Assembly: GCF_048571185.1 (NCBI RefSeq)
Contig: NZ_CP182350.1
Location: 63,480 to 127,479, forward strand
DNA: 64,000 bases
Reading direction: 5' to 3'
DNA from: Arcobacter sp.
GTDB lineage: Bacteria; Campylobacterota; Campylobacteria; Campylobacterales; Arcobacteraceae
Each line of letters starts with the position of its first letter. Within the stretch, counting starts at the first letter, position 1. The notes under the pieces were generated by a model. The model ran no database searches and was not told the origin of the DNA. It saw only the letters and a list, made by a program, of their open reading frames with translations. Below, piece by piece: positions 36,542 to 45,672 of the stretch. The translations under genes were made by a program, and so were the position numbers.

Positions 36542-37216
36542 TTAGGTAAGTTTGTATTCTATGGGGACTTTTATTGTTATTTCTTTTTTTACTTTTGGAA
36601 ATGTTTTTGATGCTTTTTCTATGGCCTTAAGCGCAGATTTGATTAATAATCGATGTCCTGAAACTCCTTTTAACTCTGTAATTTCACCATTTATTGAAAT
36701 TTTAAATAAAATAAATACTTTACCTTGAATATTAAGCCTTTTTGCTCTTTTGGGATAAATAACATTTTTTTGGATGAGTTGTACTATTTTTTGTAAGTGG
36801 GCATCTAAAAACTCTTCTTTATAATTCTTAGAACTTTTTTTAATAACTTCTTGCTCTTTATTGTCTTCTTTAAGCTCTTTTTCTTTTTTCTCTTCTTTTG
36901 GCTTCTTTTCTACTTCTTTTTTTTCTATTACCTTTTCTTCTGTTACCTTTTTTTCTAATCTTTTTTTTAGAGGTTTAATTTTCTTTTTTTTCTTTATGGG
37001 TTTTGGTATAACTTTTTCTTCTTTTTTTTCTTCTTTTTTTATCTCTCGTTTTTTTTGTTCAATTAAAGAGATGTGGTTCATGGATATAACTTTCTCTTTT
37101 TTTAAAGTTTTGGGCTGGTTGATTTCTCTAAAACTAAGAAACAATATAAATAGTATTAAGATATAAATACAAATAGTTAAGAAAAATGAGTATATATATC
37201 GTTTTTGAGTCTGCAT
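36542..37216 (-). CDS. tonB: TonB energy transducer
   Basis: N-terminal anchor, long Lys/Glu/Pro-rich spacer, C-terminal TonB domain (YPKRAKRLNIQGKVFILFKISINGEI). Confidence 0.8.
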   Translation of the reverse strand: MQTQKRYIYSFFLTICIYILILFILFLSFREINQPKTLKKEKVISMNHISLIEQKKREIKKEEKKEEKVIPKPIKKKKKIKPLKKRLEKKVTEEKVIEKKEVEKKPKEEKKEKELKEDNKEQEVIKKSSKNYKEEFLDAHLQKIVQLIQKNVIYPKRAKRLNIQGKVFILFKISINGEITELKGVSGHRLLIKSALKAIEKASKTFPKVKKEITIKVPIEYKLT

Positions 37217-37217
37217 T

Positions 37218-37610
37218 TTATTTCTTTGTTACTATAGAAATATTTTCAAATTTATTTGATTTTAAAAGGTCTAATAGCAAAACAAAAGCCTCAAAATCCG
37301 CCTTTTTATCACATCTAATATAAATATGTGATAACTTATTTAACTTATTAATTTCAACTTTTAATGCTTCTAAAGAGATATGTAAATTATTTAAAAAAAT
37401 AGAATTGTTTGATTTTATACTAATTATAGTTTCCTGTTCAACACTTAAGCTAGTTGCACTATTTGCCTGAGCAAGGGCAACTTTTATATCTCCTTTAGCA
37501 ATGAATGTTGTAGTTAATAATACAATTGCAAGTAATACTAATAAAACATCAATAAATGGTATTACATTTATTGAGTTAAACTTCTGCAATTTCATCATAT
37601 TTACTTTCAA
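37218..37610 (-). CDS. exbD: ExbD/TolR-family biopolymer transport protein
   Basis: INVIPFIDVLLVLLAIVLL membrane segment, 130 aa. The real start may be one of the internal Met codons at 37595-37598, which would reduce the 35-nt overlap with exbB. Confidence 0.8.
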   Translation of the reverse strand: MKVNMMKLQKFNSINVIPFIDVLLVLLAIVLLTTTFIAKGDIKVALAQANSATSLSVEQETIISIKSNNSIFLNNLHISLEALKVEINKLNKLSHIYIRCDKKADFEAFVLLLDLLKSNKFENISIVTKK

Positions 37611-38004
37611 TCACTTCTGCATATCGAGCCAATATGTTATAAAACATTTGTGAGATAATTGCAACTACCAAGCCAACAGCAGTAGCTTTTAAAGCCAAGG
37701 CTAAAGAAGCCATGATTTTTGTAGCTTCTATATCACCAGAACTCATCGTCATAAATGTCAGCATAATAGCTAGTACTGTTCCAAGTAATCCAATATATGG
37801 TGCATTTGATGCAATTGTTCCTATAATAGAAAGATGTTTTGTTATAACTATTTCCAATGACTTTTTAGATTTATAGGAATCTACGTCTATCTTTTTATAA
37901 AAAAAGATTCTTTCAATAAAAAACCAAATAGATAAAAAACTCATAAACCCTAAAAGAGCTACCACACCATAATCAACTAAATTTTTTAATAATTCAATGT
38001 CCAT
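37576..38004 (-). CDS. exbB: ExbB (MotA/TolQ/ExbB proton channel)
   Basis: Three TM helices and the conserved APYIGLLGTVLAIM segment. Confidence 0.8.
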   Translation of the reverse strand: MDIELLKNLVDYGVVALLGFMSFLSIWFFIERIFFYKKIDVDSYKSKKSLEIVITKHLSIIGTIASNAPYIGLLGTVLAIMLTFMTMSSGDIEATKIMASLALALKATAVGLVVAIISQMFYNILARYAEVIESKYDEIAEV

Positions 38005-39433
38005 TTTTTCTAACCTCTTTTTTTATCATCGAAGAATGATTGTGACCACTTTTTTTAGCTCCGTAGGTTTTAAATACATAGCCTGTATAAAAATTCAATC
38101 CTAAATATAGAATAATCAAAAATGATGCAAATGGCATTGCAATTATTTTTCTCAACTTTGTGCTCTTTAAAAGTTTTAATCGACCTATCATAATAACAAA
38201 TGCCCAAATAATCGCAATGTATTTAAATAAGGTAAAAACATGTACCCATTTATCTCGTCTGCTTGCTAAGGGTTCAATGTATGCCATATCCAAATGAAAA
38301 GCTTGAATAAACGCATTAACAATTTGGGAAGCATATGAATAAAAAAAGAACTCTCCCATATGAGATAAACCACCAATAATAAACAATGGAGCAAAAGCAT
38401 ACCCTAAGGTATAAAAGGTTTTTTCATAACTTACTTTTAAAATTTTTGAAGCAATAAACATACCAATTATATTTAAAATAACTACTATAGCAACAGCATA
38501 TAAAAAAGCAAACAACCCTATCATGTCAACTGTTCCAAAATTAAAAATAGATTCAAAATATCGTGCTGTTTTTGTCCAAAAAAAATCTTCTACAATAGCA
38601 CTTCTTCCTAATGCATGATGAAAACTCATAGTAATAGAAATAGCGGCTGTAATAAGCAAATAAGCCCAAACTTCTGCTTTTGAGAATTTAAACTTTTTAA
38701 ACATACTTTCAGATGGCTTCGTTATTTTAAAACTAACAGCTTCACAAGAATCACTACAATCCATACATAAGGTACAATCTGACATTGTATTTTGTTTATT
38801 AAAAGTAAAAGGCTTTAAATCATAAGTACAAGATTTAGCACATTCAAAAGTTTTACATGATTTACAAGACTCACTATACGTCGCTAGTTTTGTAAAAGAC
38901 ACTTTACTAAATGCTTTAGATACCAAACCTATAGGACAGATATATTTACAATAAGACATCTTTTCATAGACAAAAAAGAAAATACTAGCTACTAAAGTTA
39001 AAACTGCAAACATCATAGCAGTAGCATAAGGAGTTTTAAATAAAGAAGGATACATATAATATATAAGCCACCATCCTATAAACAAAATAAACAAACCTAT
39101 AAAATAATTTGAAAATAGCTTTGGAAGTTTTTTATTTAAACCTATTTTTGTTAAATATTTTCCCATAAATCCATGGGGACAAATTCCACAAAAAATTCGT
39201 CCAAAAAAAGCTAATGTTATAACCATAAAAAATGGCCAAAATAGTCCCCAAAACAATCCTGTCGTAAAAACATTCTCTTTAGTTGGATTAATAAACCCAA
39301 ACAATATTGCATAAACAAATAAAATTGCAATCATAACTTTTAAGACAAATATAAATCTTGCATTTTTAAATATAAATCCTATAAGAGGAAAACTATAAAT
39401 ATCATTTTTATCACGTTTTATATGATTTACCAT
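37994..39433 (-). CDS. Polytopic membrane 4Fe-4S protein (NapH/MauN-like N-terminal half plus extra 6-TM C-terminal half)
   Basis: Membrane-flanked CGICPHG and CKYICPIG motifs. Two ferredoxin-type clusters, CKSCKTFECAKSC and CTLCMDCSDSC. About 10-12 predicted hydrophobic helices. Overlaps exbB by 11 nt and lies 9 nt after the receptor gene. Confidence 0.6.
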   Translation of the reverse strand: MVNHIKRDKNDIYSFPLIGFIFKNARFIFVLKVMIAILFVYAILFGFINPTKENVFTTGLFWGLFWPFFMVITLAFFGRIFCGICPHGFMGKYLTKIGLNKKLPKLFSNYFIGLFILFIGWWLIYYMYPSLFKTPYATAMMFAVLTLVASIFFFVYEKMSYCKYICPIGLVSKAFSKVSFTKLATYSESCKSCKTFECAKSCTYDLKPFTFNKQNTMSDCTLCMDCSDSCEAVSFKITKPSESMFKKFKFSKAEVWAYLLITAAISITMSFHHALGRSAIVEDFFWTKTARYFESIFNFGTVDMIGLFAFLYAVAIVVILNIIGMFIASKILKVSYEKTFYTLGYAFAPLFIIGGLSHMGEFFFYSYASQIVNAFIQAFHLDMAYIEPLASRRDKWVHVFTLFKYIAIIWAFVIMIGRLKLLKSTKLRKIIAMPFASFLIILYLGLNFYTGYVFKTYGAKKSGHNHSSMIKKEVRKNGH

Positions 39434-39442
39434 AATGCTTTC

Positions 39443-41572
39443 CTAAAACCTATAGTTATAAGTAATCATTGCAGATTGTGGAGCTGCAGCTTTGTATGTT
39501 TTAACACCTGATGTATCTTTTTGTACTTGTGCGGCATAATGTTTATCAAATAAATTATTTATATTTAGTTGAATAGTATGATTCTTTTTTGTATATCCTA
39601 GCATCAGATCTGTTACAAAATCATAGCCAGCATACTTTTCAGTATTCGCATTATCCATGTAGTATGACCCACTACTTTTTGTCTCTATACGTGCTTTAAA
39701 ACCATTATTTAAATTTAGAGTTGCAAATAAAGAATACCTATGTTGAGGAATATATGGTAAATAATTATTAGCTCTATCATTTGTACCCTCTTCCATGAAA
39801 GATTTAAATTTATAGTAAGAGTATGCATATGAAGCACCAAAAGATAATTCACTAGTTAAATTATAACTTCCTGTAAATTCTAAACCTCTTTTTTGAGTTT
39901 TTCCAGCATTTTGATAATAAGTGAGAAAGCCATCTTTTGTTGCAGTTACTTCATCACTAATATCATTTTGATATAGAGCTATATCATAAGAGTATTTAAC
40001 ATCTCTTGCTTTTAATCCAATTTCATAATTAACACTTGTAGTTTTATCTAAAGTACCTTTGTTATTTGTTTTATTAGCTTTTAATTCATTATCTGTTGGT
40101 GCTTGATTTGCACTTGCAAGTGAAGAGTATATGCTATGAGTATCACTTAAAGCATAACTAAATCCTATTTTAGGAGATATCAAAGTATATGATTCCTTTA
40201 TATTATAAGCACCATCACCTGTATAGTATGTATTAGTAGAAGTAAAAGCACTTCCACCCCAATTGTATTTTAAGATTTCATTTCCTGATACATCAAAAGA
40301 GACCCTATCAACTCTTAATGATACATCAACTAAAGTATTTGCAGTAGGATTAAAACTCTCTTGAACATATGCTCCCAAAAGAGTTGCCGTAGAGTTTTCT
40401 GTATTGGCTAAATCTCCTTTTTCATTAGATAAAGTACTTGAAATAGTATAGTCCCTATTGGCAAAAGCACCCACGGTAGGTCCAGTGACTGAATAATCTT
40501 TATAAGTATATTTTTTAGCATCTCGTGTTCTATCTTGTTTTGCTGTTAAACCAAACACTAAAGTTGCATCTTCATTAAAAAGTTTATGGCTATAATTATT
40601 TTCTAAATCTGTACCTAAAACAATATTATTATCACTATCATTAATCATGGCTGTTACGGGGTGAAAGTGTTCCCAAGCATTGACATAAAAACGTGGTTTT
40701 ATAGTTAAATTACCAAAATCTTTTTCAAACTTTGAATTAAAAAACAGGATTTTAGAGTCACGTGAGCTATGTTGCCATGCAGATGAAGTATTTCCCTGCT
40801 TGCCAGTAGATTGAAAAATATTAAACTCTGATTCAGTCATAGATGCTGGCAGGTCAACATTTGATTCTGTATAAGCTAGCTCACTCTCTAGTATTGATTC
40901 ATCATCAAAGATATGACCATACTTCAAACCAAACTGAAGAGAATCTACTTTATTATTTTTTCGCCAATTATTTTCATTTTTAGTTGTGCTAAAGTTAACA
41001 GACATAAAATTACTTTCATCAATAGCTTTTGCATATTTTATATTTGATTGAGAAGAGTGCTCAGTTCCTAAACCTAATTTAATACGATTTTGATTATCTT
41101 CAAAGACAGATTTAGTGATTAATTGAACAACACCACCAGTTGCATTGGCAGCAGCAATTGAACCTGGACCCTTTTGAACTTCAACAGCTTTTACATCTTG
41201 CATATCAATATAATCAAATCGTGTAAAAGAATCAGGATCCGTCATAGGGACACCATCTTTTATCACCATTATCTCTCGTACTCCATATCGTGCTTTAAGA
41301 CCAGCACCTCGAATAATTAACCTTGGACTTGAAGAGTTACTTGTATTTTCAGCAATAACGCCAGGGATACTATTAATTGCTTCAGAAGCAAAAATTATAT
41401 TTTTATCTTCAATATCTTTCTCATCTACAACATCAATACTTTGTGTAACATCTTTTGTTGCTCTTTGAACTTTAGTTGCAGTAATTGATAATTTATCTAA
41501 TGAGATTGTTTGAGAATAACAGTTAGCACTCAAAAGCACTAATAAAGTTGGCAATGAATAGTTTAATTTCAT
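39443..41572 (-). CDS. TonB-dependent receptor (siderophore/metal-chelate type)
   Basis: Signal peptide, TonB-box-like LSITATK, plug motifs (RGAGLKARYGVREIMVIKDGVPMTD), C-terminal YNYRF. Confidence 0.8.
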   Translation of the reverse strand: MKLNYSLPTLLVLLSANCYSQTISLDKLSITATKVQRATKDVTQSIDVVDEKDIEDKNIIFASEAINSIPGVIAENTSNSSSPRLIIRGAGLKARYGVREIMVIKDGVPMTDPDSFTRFDYIDMQDVKAVEVQKGPGSIAAANATGGVVQLITKSVFEDNQNRIKLGLGTEHSSQSNIKYAKAIDESNFMSVNFSTTKNENNWRKNNKVDSLQFGLKYGHIFDDESILESELAYTESNVDLPASMTESEFNIFQSTGKQGNTSSAWQHSSRDSKILFFNSKFEKDFGNLTIKPRFYVNAWEHFHPVTAMINDSDNNIVLGTDLENNYSHKLFNEDATLVFGLTAKQDRTRDAKKYTYKDYSVTGPTVGAFANRDYTISSTLSNEKGDLANTENSTATLLGAYVQESFNPTANTLVDVSLRVDRVSFDVSGNEILKYNWGGSAFTSTNTYYTGDGAYNIKESYTLISPKIGFSYALSDTHSIYSSLASANQAPTDNELKANKTNNKGTLDKTTSVNYEIGLKARDVKYSYDIALYQNDISDEVTATKDGFLTYYQNAGKTQKRGLEFTGSYNLTSELSFGASYAYSYYKFKSFMEEGTNDRANNYLPYIPQHRYSLFATLNLNNGFKARIETKSSGSYYMDNANTEKYAGYDFVTDLMLGYTKKNHTIQLNINNLFDKHYAAQVQKDTSGVKTYKAAAPQSAMITYNYRF

Positions 41573-41608
41573 TCTTATCCTTAAGTTTTTTTAAGAATAT
41601 TAAACGAA

Positions 41609-41630
41609 AAGTGTTAATTTAGTGTTAATT
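41609..41630 (-). repeat. Perfect tandem 11-bp direct repeat AGTGTTAATTT x2 in the receptor promoter region
   Basis: Read directly: ...AAAAGTGTTAATTTAGTGTTAATTTTT..., 37-58 nt upstream of the receptor ATG and downstream of the kinase stop. Confidence 0.6.
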
Positions 41631-41648
41631 TTTATTTATAAGATATTT

Positions 41649-42497
41649 TTAAGATATTAGTTTTAAAAGATTTAATTTAATAAGTGTCCCATTTTCATTT
41701 GGTTCAATTTTGATTTCTATTAGGTTTTTATCACAAAACTCTTTTACAATATTTAAACCTAAACCAAAACCACTATTTTTAGGGTCTTCTTGAAAGTATT
41801 GTTCAAAGACAATAAAAAGGTTTTTTGTATCAATTTTCTTTCCTGTATTAAAAATAGTCAAAGTATTATTTGAAAAATCAATTTTAACTACACCATTTTC
41901 AATATTATATTTTATTGCATTGGATAAGAGGTTATCAATAACTTTTTGAAAACCATTTTTATCACTATTGATTACTATATTTTCTATACTGTTTTGTATT
42001 GAAACATCTCCTTTTATATCTTCGAACTTATCTATTGAGTTCTCAATTATTTCATCCAATAAGAACTCTTGCTTATCTATTTTGTCTATCTCTTTTTTGA
42101 TTTCATATTCCATTTGATTATATAGATTTAAGAGCTCATTTGTAGCTAGTTTTATTCTATTTAGTCTCTTTTTGTTTTTTTCATCTTTAATATTTTTTTC
42201 TAACATTTGGGAATTTGCTTGAATTGTAGAGGCTGGAATATTTAGTTCATGAAGTGTCTCTTTTATTGTTTTTTGTAGGTTTTCATCACTTCTAAACAAA
42301 GGTTCATAAAGGGGTTTGCTTAAAAAAAAGTTTAAAACAACTGCAAGAATAATCAAAACTAATGTTATAGCTATAAAAGTTTCTTGATTAAACCCAAAGG
42401 TAGATACTAAATAATAATTTGCAACTAAAACCATAATTACTATAAAGGCAATTAAAATTGAGTTTGAAATTAAAAAATTCTTTCTTTTATTATTCAA
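41649..42497 (-). CDS. Sensor histidine kinase (small, two TM)
   Basis: H-box LHELNIPAST, N-box LLSNAIKYN, G-box GFGLGLNIVKEF. TTG start overlapping the response-regulator stop by 8 nt. Confidence 0.8.
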   Translation of the reverse strand: MNNKRKNFLISNSILIAFIVIMVLVANYYLVSTFGFNQETFIAITLVLIILAVVLNFFLSKPLYEPLFRSDENLQKTIKETLHELNIPASTIQANSQMLEKNIKDEKNKKRLNRIKLATNELLNLYNQMEYEIKKEIDKIDKQEFLLDEIIENSIDKFEDIKGDVSIQNSIENIVINSDKNGFQKVIDNLLSNAIKYNIENGVVKIDFSNNTLTIFNTGKKIDTKNLFIVFEQYFQEDPKNSGFGLGLNIVKEFCDKNLIEIKIEPNENGTLIKLNLLKLIS

Positions 42498-43143
42498 CTT
42501 TATATCCTACACCTTTTATATTTATAATTTTTTCATTTACAAATATCTTTTTTACGTGATTAATATATACTCTTATTGAACCTTCACTATAATCCTCTTG
42601 GGTGGACCATAATTTATCAACAATCATCTCTTTTGTAACTATTTTATCTTTGTTTTCCAAAAATAGTTCTAATAGTTCAACAACTTTTGTAGGTAACTTC
42701 ATATCTTTATTATCTTTATAAACTCTCTTATCACTTGGATTAAAAACTAGATTTTCATCTAATACTATTTTTTCAGTCTGTTTTCCTGCTCTTTTTAAAA
42801 GAGATTTTATTCTTAAAATTAGTTCATCTAAATCAATTGGTTTTTTTAGATAATCATCAGCTCCATTTAAAAAGCCCTGTTCTAAGGTATCTTTATCTTT
42901 ATATGAAGTTAAAAATATGGTTGGGGTATTGTCTCCTGATTCTCTTAAATCTTTTAGTAACTCTAATCCATTTATTTTTGGAACATTTATATCTAGTAAA
43001 TATAAATCATAATTTATTTCATAGTTTAATTCTAATGCTTTTTCACCATCGTTTGCAATATCAACTACAAACCCCTCCTCATCTAAGAAGTCCTCTATAG
43101 TTTGTGCAAAGAGTTCATCATCTTCTAATAATAATATTCTCAT
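42490..43143 (-). CDS. OmpR-family response regulator
   Basis: Receiver MRILLLEDD...DLYLLDINVPKINGLE, winged-helix C-terminus ending KGVGYKVE. Confidence 0.85.
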   Translation of the reverse strand: MRILLLEDDELFAQTIEDFLDEEGFVVDIANDGEKALELNYEINYDLYLLDINVPKINGLELLKDLRESGDNTPTIFLTSYKDKDTLEQGFLNGADDYLKKPIDLDELILRIKSLLKRAGKQTEKIVLDENLVFNPSDKRVYKDNKDMKLPTKVVELLELFLENKDKIVTKEMIVDKLWSTQEDYSEGSIRVYINHVKKIFVNEKIINIKGVGYKVE

Positions 43144-43231
43144 CTTAAGTCTTTTTACAATATTTTTCCAAAATTCTACACTAAAACTTATAAAATAGTT
43201 GAATTTTTAAAATATTTATATATAATTACTT

Positions 43232-44995
43232 ATGATTAAAAAATTAACCCTACCCCTAATTTTAGTTCTTTTAGCTTATTTTATAATTTCAAGTGAAAAT
43301 GTAAAAATAATAGCTACAGGAATTGCAATATTTATGATTGGTATGCACTTTATGGAAAATGGCTTTAAGCTCTTTTCAGGTGGTGCTTTAGAAAAAGTTT
43401 TAGAGAAATTTACCGCTACAAATATTAAAGCAGTCTTGACAGGTTTTGTTACTACTTCTATAGTTCAAAGTTCTTCTTTAATCTCTGTAATTGTTATATC
43501 ATTCTTAACAGTCGAACTAATCACTCTAACTCAAGGTATGGCAATAGTCTTTGGGTCAAACCTAGGTAGTACAACTACAGCATGGATTGTCTCTTCCTTT
43601 GGACTTAAGATAAAAATATCTTTATATGCAATGCCCTTGATTATATTTGGTGTAATTTTTAGATTTTCAAAAAACCAAAAGTATATAGGACTTGGAAATA
43701 TTTTACTTGGACTTGGTTTTATATTTTTAGGTATTTCTTATATGAAAGATGGATTTGAAACCCTAAAAGATGCCATTGATTTAGCTTCATACTCTGTAGG
43801 AGGACTAACAGGTATCCTCATATATATAATAATTGGTGCAATTGCAACTGTAGTTATACAATCAAGTAGTGCAACTATGGCTATTATTATTACAGCACTT
43901 TCTGGTACAAATATTATTTATATCGATGCTATTGCCTTAGCAATTGGGGCAAATATTGGTACAACAGTTACAGCAATAATTGGTTCTTTAACTTCCAATG
44001 TAAATGGAAAAAGATTAGCTTTTGGACATTTTGTATTCAATATTATAACTGCAGCTGTTGCTATTGCTCTTATTTATGTTTTAAAAGACTTAGTTGATTT
44101 AATAGCACCATATTTTGGGATTGATAATGAAAACTATTCTATGAAATTAGCCCTATTTCATACCATATTTAATCTTTTAGGAATTGTTATATTATTCCCA
44201 TTTATTGCCTTTATTGTTACACTTTCAAAAAAAGCAATAAAAGAAAAAACCCAAAAAGCATCAAAACCTATATATTTAGATGAGTCAAATATCAAAATAC
44301 CTTACAATGCAATGGTATCTGTACAAAAAGAGGTTCTTCACCTATATGAAAATGCACAAAAAGCAATACTTCATGCATTGTCAATTCATACTTCTAATTT
44401 AAAGGAAGAAGAAGATATTGAAAAGGCAATTAAAAATCCTGCTAAAATAGATACTAATTTAGATGAAATTTATCAAAATGATTTAAAGTCTTTATATAGT
44501 GAGATAATTGATTATCTATTAAGGTCTCAAAGTAATATGAATGAACATCAACTTTTTTATATTGGACAGTTAAGACTATCTTCAAATATAATTGTAAAAA
44601 TATTAAAAGATACAAGAGATATTCAACGTAATATCAATATATATCTATATAGTAAAAATGAATATATAAAAACAGAATACATCGCCTTAAAAAAAGAGTT
44701 AGCACTAAATATTTTAAGAACAAATCAATTAAGAAACAAAGATTTAGATGATGTTGAAACATCAACTCAAATTCAAGTTTATAAAGATAACATAGAAGAA
44801 CTAGAAATACAATTCAATAAAAAAATAGATGAATTGATAAGAAATGATAAAATTACACCTAAAATGGGAACTTCACTAATGAATGATGCAGGAAGTGTAA
44901 TAAATATGAGCAAAAACTTATTTAGAATAGCAAATATACTATTTGTAAATGATGCAAAACTAAGAACCTTAGGAGAAAATAATGAAAATATCTAA
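43232..44995 (+). CDS. Na/Pi cotransporter family protein with PhoU-like C-terminal region
   Basis: Duplicated SSS-containing membrane repeats (VQSSSLISVIV / VIQSSSATMAIII), followed by a helical cytoplasmic domain. Confidence 0.75.
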   Translation: MIKKLTLPLILVLLAYFIISSENVKIIATGIAIFMIGMHFMENGFKLFSGGALEKVLEKFTATNIKAVLTGFVTTSIVQSSSLISVIVISFLTVELITLTQGMAIVFGSNLGSTTTAWIVSSFGLKIKISLYAMPLIIFGVIFRFSKNQKYIGLGNILLGLGFIFLGISYMKDGFETLKDAIDLASYSVGGLTGILIYIIIGAIATVVIQSSSATMAIIITALSGTNIIYIDAIALAIGANIGTTVTAIIGSLTSNVNGKRLAFGHFVFNIITAAVAIALIYVLKDLVDLIAPYFGIDNENYSMKLALFHTIFNLLGIVILFPFIAFIVTLSKKAIKEKTQKASKPIYLDESNIKIPYNAMVSVQKEVLHLYENAQKAILHALSIHTSNLKEEEDIEKAIKNPAKIDTNLDEIYQNDLKSLYSEIIDYLLRSQSNMNEHQLFYIGQLRLSSNIIVKILKDTRDIQRNINIYLYSKNEYIKTEYIALKKELALNILRTNQLRNKDLDDVETSTQIQVYKDNIEELEIQFNKKIDELIRNDKITPKMGTSLMNDAGSVINMSKNLFRIANILFVNDAKLRTLGENNENI

Positions 44996-45215
44996 ACTTG
45001 TAAAAACTTTTAAAACATACTTTTCATGGGATAAAAAAGAGGTAAAAAAAAATACTGTTGAAATTAATAAAATGATTAAAGAACTCTATAACAAAAAGCA
45101 AAGCATAGAGGATAAGTTAAAAGAGTGTGAAAAGAAAAAGGATGAAAAAAAGCTAGAAGAGAAAAGAAAAGCTATAAAAAAACTTATAAAAAAAGCAAAA
45201 AAAGAGTTTATTTAA
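44982..45215 (+). CDS. Hypothetical Lys-rich coiled-coil protein
   Basis: 77-aa ORF overlapping the upstream gene by 14 nt. Low complexity (KKKDEKKLEEKRKAIKKLIKKAKKE), so coding status is uncertain. Confidence 0.3.
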   Translation: MKISKLVKTFKTYFSWDKKEVKKNTVEINKMIKELYNKKQSIEDKLKECEKKKDEKKLEEKRKAIKKLIKKAKKEFI

Positions 45216-45672
45216 ACTCTTTAAAGTTTTGTCTTAAAGCCTCATAGGCAACAATAGATACAGAGTTTGCAATATTTAAACTTCTTGCATCGTTTGTCAT
45301 AGGAATTGTAATACAACCTTTTTCATTTTTTGCTAATAACTCTTCTGGCAAGCCAGCATCTTCTCTTCCAAAATAAAAATAATCCCCTACTTTATATGAA
45401 GCTTCAAAATATACTTGTTTTGTCTTAGTTGTAGCAAAAAAATGTCTATCATCTAATGGGTTTTTAGCCCAAAACTCTTCAATATTTTCATATTCAGTGA
45501 TATCTAAATCATACCAATAATCAAGTCCAGCTCGTCTTACTTCTTTTTCTGTTATTTCACCAAAGCCATATGGTTTTATCAAGTGTAATCTACAATTTAA
45601 AGCAAAAGCAAGCCGTCCTATAGTTCCAACATTTCCTGGAATTCTGGGTTCTAATAAAACAATATTAAACAC
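45208..45672 (-). CDS. trmL: tRNA (cytidine/uridine-2'-O)-methyltransferase TrmL (SpoU family)
   Basis: N-terminal LLEPRIPGNVGTIGRL and C-terminal SLNIANSVSIVAYEALRQ are typical of TrmL. Confidence 0.8.
   Translation of the reverse strand: MFNIVLLEPRIPGNVGTIGRLAFALNCRLHLIKPYGFGEITEKEVRRAGLDYWYDLDITEYENIEEFWAKNPLDDRHFFATTKTKQVYFEASYKVGDYFYFGREDAGLPEELLAKNEKGCITIPMTNDARSLNIANSVSIVAYEALRQNFKEFK

Noticed and set aside
36861-37166. 101-aa Phe/Ser-rich ORF on the plus strand.
   Set aside because: It is the antisense reading of the Lys/Glu-rich TonB spacer and is an artefact of the homopurine tract.
41573-41648. Fur box upstream of the TonB-dependent receptor.
   Set aside because: Nothing resembles the GATAATGATAATCATTATC-type palindrome. 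The conspicuous elements are direct repeats, not inverted ones.
41645-41700. Apparent extra T in a T-run that would break the histidine kinase reading frame (possible pseudogene or phase variation).
   Set aside because: My hand indexing here disagreed by 1 nt with the supplied ORF track, which reads through to 41649. I attribute the difference to my counting of homopolymer runs, not to a real frameshift. As a consequence, hand-derived motif coordinates may be off by 1-2 nt.
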